From contig CBDDUX010000026.1 in the NCBI GenBank assembly GCA_965234725.1, positions 32,001 to 96,000 of the forward strand: a stretch of DNA of 64,000 bases, written 5' to 3'. The notes under the pieces were generated by a model. The model saw only the letters and a list, made by a program, of their open reading frames with translations, did no database searches and was not told the DNA's origin. Below are positions 10,556-18,481 of the stretch, one piece after another. The DNA is from Thermoplasmatota archaeon (GTDB taxonomy: Archaea; Thermoplasmatota; Penumbrarchaeia; Penumbrarchaeales; Penumbrarchaeaceae). The position numbers and the translations under genes were made by a program. Numbering within the stretch: position 1 is the first letter of the stretch; every line of letters begins with the position of its first letter.

Positions 10556-11640
10556 ATAGCATTTTCGATGATATTTCTGATCTTTATTATATATCTGGAT
10601 GTATCGAACTCGCTTGCTCGTCTGATACATTCATCTTTGAATTCTTCCGGGTGTTCCCCGATCTCCTTTACCGCGCTAGATAACTTTTGGGCATCAATAT
10701 CGTTTATCAATCTTCCTGTGATTCCATCGATTATGCTTTCTTTGTATCCCCCTTCATTTGGTGCTATCACAGGCTTTCCGGAAGCCATGGCCTCCACCGG
10801 TGTCATACCAAAATCCTCATCCTTAGATGTGGTGATAAACCCTTTGCAGTTCGAATATAGATCTAAAAGCTCATTCTGTGGGACCCATTTGAGTATCTCA
10901 ACATTATCTGGTTTCAAACCCTCGATATAATTCGCATACTGCTGGAAATGTTTTGATTTCTCGTAGCATCCCACAACGATCAGTTTTTCCTCTGGCATCT
11001 TTGAGAATGACTTCATCTGGATATCAACTCTCTTGTGACTTATCAAACGGTTGACGGAAAGCCAGTAATCTCCGCAGCTCTTGTAGCTGAACCTGGATGT
11101 TTCGATAGGGGGATAGATCACTTCCCCCTCCCGTCCCAGATATCTTTTCAGTCTGGAGCAGGTATTTTTTGAATTGCATGCCAGATTCTGGACATGTTTA
11201 AAATATTTCCTATTTAGATGTCTGTTGAGATTGACCCAGAGATCGAATACCGGACGTTGCAGGGGGTGAATATTGTTCTGCCTGGTGTACTCGTAAAGAT
11301 CCCAGATCTCCCTTATCGGCGAATGGACGTACCATAGGTTGGGTTTATTCTTTACAGCTCCGGACATTGCCCAATCCCCGTCCATTATGTAAAAATCGTA
11401 TTTATCCTTGAGATCGAGCCTTCTGAACCGGAGTAATGCCATTTGCTGTCTGAAGGGAGCGTTAATCGGTACCTTCCCTATGGATATCATGTTCAGATCC
11501 TTGAATCCCATTTTTTCTATCTTTTCAATGTCGATATTGGTGGAATAGAAATCAGCTTTCAGCTCTCTAGAAAGTGTAAGTCCCACCACCTCCGCACCAC
11601 CTATATTATCCATGTAATTATGAAAAATTGCAACTTTCAT
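10531..11640 (-). CDS. Glycosyltransferase family 4
   Basis: GGAE motif, VIYPPI, EDFGMTPVEAMASGKPVIA. Confidence 0.92.
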   Translation of the reverse strand: MKVAIFHNYMDNIGGAEVVGLTLSRELKADFYSTNIDIEKIEKMGFKDLNMISIGKVPINAPFRQQMALLRFRRLDLKDKYDFYIMDGDWAMSGAVKNKPNLWYVHSPIREIWDLYEYTRQNNIHPLQRPVFDLWVNLNRHLNRKYFKHVQNLACNSKNTCSRLKRYLGREGEVIYPPIETSRFSYKSCGDYWLSVNRLISHKRVDIQMKSFSKMPEEKLIVVGCYEKSKHFQQYANYIEGLKPDNVEILKWVPQNELLDLYSNCKGFITTSKDEDFGMTPVEAMASGKPVIAPNEGGYKESIIDGITGRLINDIDAQKLSSAVKEIGEHPEEFKDECIRRASEFDTSRYIIKIRNIIENAIQDGKASR

Positions 11641-11908
11641 CAGAACTCACCCAGATCGATCTATGCCAGAGGGCAGATTACACCGATATCGATGGAATGT
11701 TGAGCCAGATAATTAATCTATTCCATGGAAATTTTCAAATACTATCCATTCTGAGTATGTAGTTGATGATCATCAATTACATAATCAGTGGAAATTTCCT
11801 TAAAAAGGTTAGATATATTTTTATAAATATCTCGACTTCTTCTGGTATTATTAATCCAGAGAACGGCTATCAATTACAGCCCTCATACCAGGCGAATGGG
11901 AAGATATC

Positions 11909-12772
11909 ATGAAAGGTGTGGAAGTCCCCAAAATATCGGTGATCATTCCGGTCAGGAATCGTGAAATAAAACTCTCAAGATGTCTTGAAAGTGTCCTTGA
12001 TCAAACCTTCGGCGATTATGAGGTGATAGTTGTCGATAACGCTTCAACAGACGGAACAAGATCAGTAATAGAAAAGTTCGCTAGAAAGGATCCTAAAGTG
12101 AAATATGTATACGAATCGGTTCTCGGTATTGGCAGCGCTAGGTACAAGGGAGAAATATCATCCAAAGGAGAAGTCATTCTAATGACCGACAGTGACTGTG
12201 AAGTCCCTCCTGATTGGATAGAGCGGATGTCAGCACCTGTACTTGGAGGGAAAATTCCAGCAGTGCAAGGGTTGAAGCATGCGATAGGCAATCATTATTG
12301 GCCTCTGCAGGTGGAACAGGATGAACATAGATTTATGCGGTCATTCTTTGAGCGCACCGGGACTAGTACGGTAGATACCGCTAATTTCTGTATTGACAGA
12401 AAGGTTCTCGAAAAGGTTGGATATACGGATAAAACCATCAATAACCTTAACGACACAGAGCTGGCTGCAAGGCTAATTCAAAATGGATACACGATCGCAC
12501 TCTTGGAGACAAGTGTTGGCCATCACTATCCAATTTCGCCGTTTAAACTTGCGAGAATTCCATTCCATAGAGGGTCTGTTCATTCAATTTTAAGTAGAAG
12601 GTACCCCGGGAATCCCTTATTCGGGAAGCAGACATTCAAACTTTTTTTCGATTATCTCCTCGGTCTGATATCCGAGGTTTTTAAAATGGAAAAGACTTTT
12701 CCCTATGATCTGGTTACTGGAATATCGTGGAGGTTAGGACTTCTATGGGGATACCTAAGAAAACCAAGGTGA
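11909..12772 (+). CDS. Glycosyltransferase family 2
   Basis: ISVIIPVRN, VVDNASTD, TDSDC; paralog of 5978..6916. Confidence 0.9.
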   Translation: MKGVEVPKISVIIPVRNREIKLSRCLESVLDQTFGDYEVIVVDNASTDGTRSVIEKFARKDPKVKYVYESVLGIGSARYKGEISSKGEVILMTDSDCEVPPDWIERMSAPVLGGKIPAVQGLKHAIGNHYWPLQVEQDEHRFMRSFFERTGTSTVDTANFCIDRKVLEKVGYTDKTINNLNDTELAARLIQNGYTIALLETSVGHHYPISPFKLARIPFHRGSVHSILSRRYPGNPLFGKQTFKLFFDYLLGLISEVFKMEKTFPYDLVTGISWRLGLLWGYLRKPR

Positions 12773-13665
12773 AGGTGTCCGTCGTGATATCTGTTTGGAA
12801 TAGTGCAAAGACGATTGAGCGATGTCTTACAAGCATTCTCCATCAATCATTCTCTGATTTTGAAATATTGGTCATCGACGGCAATTCAACTGACGAGACA
12901 AAAAAGATCATTGATGAAATCCGGAAAAAATCTCCGAAGGTTCGGTATTTCCACGAGGAATTTCCTTCTAAAGCCGCTTCATTCAACCGAGGTATTATGG
13001 AATCTGAAGCAGAATTAATAATGATTACAAATGCTGATTGCGAGGTTCCAAGAGATTGGATTTCAAGAATGATGAAACCATTAACTGCAGGGGAAGATAT
13101 TGTCCAGGGTGGAAAAAATTTAGCTTCTAAGGGATTCTGGTCAAGAATGCAACAAAAATCCGATGAAAGGTTCGTTGCGGATAATTCAAGCGATAATTAT
13201 TCTTTCAACATTGATATGGAAAACATCGCTTTCAGAAGGAGCGTTCTCCTCGATGTTGGTTTATTCAACAGACATATCAGGAACTTGGAGAATTTTGATA
13301 TGAGACTTCGATTAATAAAATATGGTTATCGAATATATTTATTAGAAGATATCAGGGTCATTCACCATCAAAAGAGTAACTTTATAGAACTTTTAAAAAA
13401 GATGAGTAGAATGGGCAAATGGACATATTTCATATACTGGATGAACCGGGATGGCATTAGGACAAATGAAAAAAAATTGTTTAAATCACTCGGACTGTCA
13501 AGTTTCCCGTTTTTGATACCACGGACTCTTTTAATATTAATTCGCCATGGAATTTCGGCTTTCATCTATGAACTAATTTCAGGTACTGCATGGAGTATCG
13601 GCGTGCTTAGCGGATTCATCAGGAAAGAGCGTTTCCTCAAATCTATTAAGGCCAATTATTATTGA
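12769..13665 (+). CDS. Glycosyltransferase family 2 (DxD altered to NAD)
   Basis: VSVVISVWN, IDGNSTD, TNADC; GTG start overlaps the upstream TGA. Confidence 0.85.
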   Translation: MKVSVVISVWNSAKTIERCLTSILHQSFSDFEILVIDGNSTDETKKIIDEIRKKSPKVRYFHEEFPSKAASFNRGIMESEAELIMITNADCEVPRDWISRMMKPLTAGEDIVQGGKNLASKGFWSRMQQKSDERFVADNSSDNYSFNIDMENIAFRRSVLLDVGLFNRHIRNLENFDMRLRLIKYGYRIYLLEDIRVIHHQKSNFIELLKKMSRMGKWTYFIYWMNRDGIRTNEKKLFKSLGLSSFPFLIPRTLLILIRHGISAFIYELISGTAWSIGVLSGFIRKERFLKSIKANYY

Positions 13666-14738
13666 GGTGTTATATGATTACATTCACGGAAGAAGTTCTG
13701 GAGAACTTAAGGCTCAATGAAAAAGAATTAAGCGAAAGAAAAACAACGCTTGATTCATACCCGATCAAGATATATGTTGAGCCCACACAGCGTTGCAACC
13801 TAGACTGCTGGATGTGCGACTGGGAAAGAAGAAGATTGAAAGAAGACATGGACATACAACTTTTTAATAAAATCGAGAAAGAGCTTTTCAGCCATGTAGC
13901 TGAAGTTGATTTCTTTCTCAACGGTGAACCTCTCCTTTCTAAAAACTTCCCGGAAATGATCAAATCCTCCCAGCGTTATTCGTTTTTACCAAAGATATTT
14001 ACAAATGGTTTGATGCTTGACGAGAAAAAGATGGATCTACTGGCAAGCAACGGTGTCTTTGTCAACATCTCCTTCGATGGGGCTACTGAAAGCATATATG
14101 ACAGTGTAAGGGGGAAAGGAAATTTTAGAAGGATCATCCCTAAAATTAAGCAATTATTAGAGATAGGTCGAGAGATCTCAAATGATCGGTTTCATGTAAG
14201 ATTGGCTGTGACCTTAGGTATCCATAACATACAGGAAGCGCCAAAAATAATCAGACTTGCCCGGGAGCTAGGGGTTGATGATGTCATGTTTGGTGCTCTC
14301 GATTATGGAATTTATTTTGAGCAGCATCTGACCTCGGATCCTGCAAAAACCGAATTCTTTTTGAAACTCGCTAAGAAAGAGGCAGATGATTCATCAATAA
14401 GGTTCTCGTGCCCGAGAAAGATTGGACCCGTTCTAATTAAAGATCATCATAATTGGGACGACTTCACATTGGACATAGATAAGTATGCCCCTTTTTCTCT
14501 TGAGGCGAATAATCCCTATGGTGGTCAATGTGGTTACCCCTGGGTAGAATCGGTTATCCGTTCTGACGGGAAGGTTGTAAGTTGCTGTCAGAAGCATCAT
14601 AATATGGGAGATATCACAAAAAACACTTTTCGGGAGATATGGAACAATAATGAATACATACGTCTCAGGAACCAAAATAATTACAACGTATGCCTTGGAG
14701 TCAATTGCAACATGACCAGGTACTCCATATGGAAATGA
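13662..14738 (+). CDS. Radical SAM protein with C-terminal SPASM/Twitch domain
   Basis: CNLDCWMC (CxxxCxxC), GEPLL, TNG, ISFDG, CGYPW..DGKVVSCC..C..C. Confidence 0.9.
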   Translation: MRCYMITFTEEVLENLRLNEKELSERKTTLDSYPIKIYVEPTQRCNLDCWMCDWERRRLKEDMDIQLFNKIEKELFSHVAEVDFFLNGEPLLSKNFPEMIKSSQRYSFLPKIFTNGLMLDEKKMDLLASNGVFVNISFDGATESIYDSVRGKGNFRRIIPKIKQLLEIGREISNDRFHVRLAVTLGIHNIQEAPKIIRLARELGVDDVMFGALDYGIYFEQHLTSDPAKTEFFLKLAKKEADDSSIRFSCPRKIGPVLIKDHHNWDDFTLDIDKYAPFSLEANNPYGGQCGYPWVESVIRSDGKVVSCCQKHHNMGDITKNTFREIWNNNEYIRLRNQNNYNVCLGVNCNMTRYSIWK

Positions 14739-14785
14739 TATTGGCAAGAGACGTAATAGGAAAATCTGAATTAATGTCCAAAAGA

Positions 14786-15535
14786 TTACCCCTCAGGAGG
14801 TCCTGAATACAGCTTACCAGAATCCGAAAGGGAGACCTTGACATATCTGCCCTTCTTGATCAATGATACATATCCCTCCTTTTCAAGGGACCTCAAAACC
14901 CTGCTGAGGTAGGCCCTCTTCCTGGCGAGATAGGCCCTCTTTGATTCTCCCTCCCGTATCTCGGTGAAGAAACCCTTCGATCCCTCCATTGGTTGTATGA
15001 GAGCGCCCTCGTGCCTTACACTTCCACCCAAGGACCCCAGGACCTTCAGAAGCTCCTGTCCTGCCGGACTGGGTCCGATTATCCTGACAGATGGTATCTC
15101 CATAACGGATGATACACCGATGGAGAGGACCTCCTGGTCATGGGGTATGGAATATTCCTCGGGTCTAACATAATAGGGATGTGATCCGGTCATGAAGCAT
15201 GATAGAAGGGCCGCTGAGGTGATTATCCTGTTACCCGTGGAGAGGTTGACATATACCTCGAACCCATCGGATATCAAACCATTGAACAGGGATGTCAACA
15301 TCCTGGAAGATGTGTAGAAATCGAATATGTCCAGTGTCATCTCCTCTATGTCAATGGTAGCCGAGACCTTTTCCTTTATCCTGTCCCCATTCCTTCTTGC
15401 CCTCTGCTCGATATCCGATCCCTCATTGCTTCCGTAGATCAGTATGGCCCTGTTGGTGGGAAAGAACTTCAAGCCCCCAAGGACCCTGTCTATCTCCAGA
15501 CCCATCGGTATGACGTGGACGGTTCTCTTCTCCAT
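14786..15535 (-). CDS. CARF-like (Csa3/HFX_2341/DUF6293-type) domain plus winged-HTH transcriptional regulator
   Basis: VHVIPMGLEIDRV, VYVNLSTGNRI, PYYVRPEEY, C-terminal LEKEGYV..KKGR..V.LSDSG wHTH; start taken at ATG 15535. Confidence 0.75.
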   Translation of the reverse strand: MEKRTVHVIPMGLEIDRVLGGLKFFPTNRAILIYGSNEGSDIEQRARRNGDRIKEKVSATIDIEEMTLDIFDFYTSSRMLTSLFNGLISDGFEVYVNLSTGNRIITSAALLSCFMTGSHPYYVRPEEYSIPHDQEVLSIGVSSVMEIPSVRIIGPSPAGQELLKVLGSLGGSVRHEGALIQPMEGSKGFFTEIREGESKRAYLARKRAYLSRVLRSLEKEGYVSLIKKGRYVKVSLSDSGKLYSGPPEG

Positions 15536-15726
15536 GCTATACGATATTGACGTATAGAGATATCTATTTTCGTATAGATCAAAAGTCAACTCATCTATAC
15601 ACTCATGGAACCTCCGATACGTAGGACCATTTAAATCCAAACGCGACCATTCAAGCTTTTGCTGTCAGGGATGGGGGCAGCTACGGGGAAGGACCATCTC
15701 GTCTGTTTATCCGGGAATGATCTTGC

Positions 15727-17583
15727 ATGGTGGAAGCATTGGCCGTCAACGATGAAGGGGACCCAGTTTATCAGGGAATGCATTCCGATATCATTCAGTC
15801 CATGGACAAGAAGATGGACATTCTAGCCCTCGTCCCCTCGGTCGGTTCCCTGGCCAGGAGCTTCATCGGAAAGACCTTTTTAGAGGCCAGAAGGAGGAGG
15901 AAGAAACCGATATTCCTGACCTCCTCCCATGATGCATCATGGATACATTCTGCTATTATGGAAGCAAGGGGTGTGGACCGCGGGAGGGAAGGCATCGTCT
16001 CCATAGGAAAGGATGTGATGTCCTGCATGGAATTCGATTCCAGGATAGATCCGGGCGACATGATCAACCACTGCTTCAGGAAAGGGACGATCGAGACATG
16101 TCCGTTCCAGTCCGGTTTCGATCTCGATATCTACAGGGACCTCAAACGGAGCGGAGGCGCCCTTCTCCATGACATGACAGAAGAGATGAGGCAGAATGGA
16201 ATGTGTCCGGCCAGGACAGCACTGGATCTCGTTGTCGAAGCTGAGGCTGTTGTGGCCCACCCATCGTTCCTTTTCACTGAGGACTGGAAAGGTGTCATGG
16301 AACTTTTGGAAAGGGATGGAAGCGGTTGCATCCTTGTGATACATGACCCGGCCTATCTGGTAGAGTTCCTTGATAACAGGTTCTCCTACGAGTTCACATC
16401 TGATGACCTAACCAAAGATAAATGGACCATAGAAGGCCTGACCGTTGAGGAACAATCCGGTCTATATCTCCTGGTTGAGCTTCTATCGGAATTAGCTGCC
16501 AGGACAGATCCCATGAAGCAGATCGAGAGAAGCCTTCTCATACAGAATCACAGGGACAGGGCGCTGGTCAATGGAAGTGCCGGACTAGTTGCTGTTATCT
16601 CTGCTTTGAAACGCGTCCTTGAGACCGGGATCCAGGGTAGTATCTCTCGAAGGAGGAGTATTAAGGACCTCTACATGTTCCTCAAACTTTGGATGGGCCA
16701 GTATACTGGAGTGTCAAGGGCCAGGAGGGAGTCTGAGGATGGTGACAGTGTCGAGGTCTCTCTGGTGGATATTTCGTTGATGACCCAGCCTATCCTCCAG
16801 ACGTTCTCCACTGTAATACTGTTCGGAGATACGCTCTATCCCCATTCGATATACAGTTACACACTTGGTATGAGGTCCGAGAGGATCATGAACAGAACAT
16901 ATATTGACAGATCGACAATGGATGGCACCCATGTCATTTCCATAGGGAATGTTGACATCTCCTATAAGCACAGGTCAGAGGCCTCCTATGCAAGGGTGGT
17001 GGAGGGTCTCTCCAGAATATGTGAGACCACTCCGGGACTCAAGATCGCCGTCTTCCCCTCATATTACATCCTGGAGCAGGTAATGGGATCCATGGCTGAG
17101 AACGTCTTTGGCTACCCGGTGATAGATGAGACTAGGGGGATGTCAAAGGAAGCAAGGGGACATCTGCTTACAGAGGTAAAGACCGGTGGGGACATACTTG
17201 CACTTACTGTTCAGGGAAGCTTCCTTGTGAGGTCCGTGGAGGATGGTTCCATCAGTCCTGATGCAGTGATATTGGTAGGGCTCCACATACCTCCTCCCGA
17301 TGCTGGATCCACACAGAAGAAGGTTCACCTCCAGAAGAAGTACACACCCAATATCGGGCACATCATTACTGTCTTGATGCCTGCGATAACAAAGGTCTTG
17401 AGGATGGTCAATACCATGATGTCCTCGGACATGGACCGAAGGAACATGGTGATCCTGATGGACCGTAGATATCAGGACCGCAGGGTCCTTGAATGCCTTC
17501 CGAGGTTCTACGATATCAAGCTCCTTTCTTCTCCAGGAGAGTTCGACGGAAGCAGGATCCTTGAGGGAGGTGATGGTGGTTGA
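15727..17583 (+). CDS. XPD/Rad3/DinG-family helicase homolog with degenerate ATPase motifs
   Basis: Fe-S cysteines (SC..HC..CPF..MCP), VFPSYYIL, VILVGL..P, VILMDRRY; no intact Walker A or DEAH. Confidence 0.7.
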   Translation: MVEALAVNDEGDPVYQGMHSDIIQSMDKKMDILALVPSVGSLARSFIGKTFLEARRRRKKPIFLTSSHDASWIHSAIMEARGVDRGREGIVSIGKDVMSCMEFDSRIDPGDMINHCFRKGTIETCPFQSGFDLDIYRDLKRSGGALLHDMTEEMRQNGMCPARTALDLVVEAEAVVAHPSFLFTEDWKGVMELLERDGSGCILVIHDPAYLVEFLDNRFSYEFTSDDLTKDKWTIEGLTVEEQSGLYLLVELLSELAARTDPMKQIERSLLIQNHRDRALVNGSAGLVAVISALKRVLETGIQGSISRRRSIKDLYMFLKLWMGQYTGVSRARRESEDGDSVEVSLVDISLMTQPILQTFSTVILFGDTLYPHSIYSYTLGMRSERIMNRTYIDRSTMDGTHVISIGNVDISYKHRSEASYARVVEGLSRICETTPGLKIAVFPSYYILEQVMGSMAENVFGYPVIDETRGMSKEARGHLLTEVKTGGDILALTVQGSFLVRSVEDGSISPDAVILVGLHIPPPDAGSTQKKVHLQKKYTPNIGHIITVLMPAITKVLRMVNTMMSSDMDRRNMVILMDRRYQDRRVLECLPRFYDIKLLSSPGEFDGSRILEGGDGG

Positions 17584-18353
17584 GGTTCTGTGTGCTAGGT
17601 TCTTCTTCATCGGGAAACTCCACCCTTGTCACCCACAAGGACACGACCATTCTCATAGATGCTGGACTTCCTCTCCGCTATACCGTAGAAAATATAATAT
17701 CCATCACAGGAAAGGATTCTCTGGATGGCATATTCATAAGCCACGAACACTCCGACCATACAAGGAGCCTTAAACCGCTTGCTCAGAGATACGGATGTCC
17801 TGTCTTCCTTTCCCCTCCGGTATCGTGGTATATCGGTCCCGGGGAGGGTATGGACATCAGGAAGGTCAGGGACGGATGGAAGGTGGGGGTCGGACCACTG
17901 ATGATAACTCCTTTCATAGTATCCCATGATGCCATAGATCCGTACGGGTTCATCATTGAGGACGAATACGGTTCCATGGGTCTTGTAACAGACCTTGGAT
18001 GCTATGACGATAACATTTGCGACAGATTGAGGAACAGGGATGCACTCGTTGTGGAATCGAATTATGATCTGGACATGCTCGTGAACGGAAGGTATCCCCA
18101 TTACCTGAAGAAGCGGATCCAGGATGGCAAAGGCCATCTATCGAACCAACAGTGCAGGGACCTTCTCGAGAACATAGTAGGGCCGAGGACCCGTGATATT
18201 GTCCTTGCACACCTTTCCGAGGAGAACAACGATCCCCTCCTTGCAATGGAAACTTCTCTTGAGGTCCTTGAATGCATGGAGTCGCCACCTTCGCTCCATG
18301 TATCCTATCCAAAGCATCCCACATCTGTCCTCGATCTATCCCGGACACCCTGA
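17580..18353 (+). CDS. MBL-fold metallo-hydrolase (YycJ/WalJ-like)
   Basis: LGSSSSGNST, ISHEHSDH, SHDA, TDLG, ESNYD, GHLSN, LAHLSEENN. Confidence 0.9.
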   Translation: MRFCVLGSSSSGNSTLVTHKDTTILIDAGLPLRYTVENIISITGKDSLDGIFISHEHSDHTRSLKPLAQRYGCPVFLSPPVSWYIGPGEGMDIRKVRDGWKVGVGPLMITPFIVSHDAIDPYGFIIEDEYGSMGLVTDLGCYDDNICDRLRNRDALVVESNYDLDMLVNGRYPHYLKKRIQDGKGHLSNQQCRDLLENIVGPRTRDIVLAHLSEENNDPLLAMETSLEVLECMESPPSLHVSYPKHPTSVLDLSRTP

Positions 18354-18481
18354 TATCCACCGTACGATTCGATTCTGTACTAATCAGTTTATATATTCTT
18401 ATAAGAGTAAGTTATCCCATAGACAGAAGGCAGAAGCGGTATGATCAATGAAAAAATTTACAGATCACCGCATCTGGCAAT

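Noticed and set aside
13662-14738. Radical SAM/SPASM enzyme as maturase for the micro-proteins
   Set aside because: It lies about 37 kb away, is coupled to glycosyltransferases and has no visible RRE/PqqD domain.
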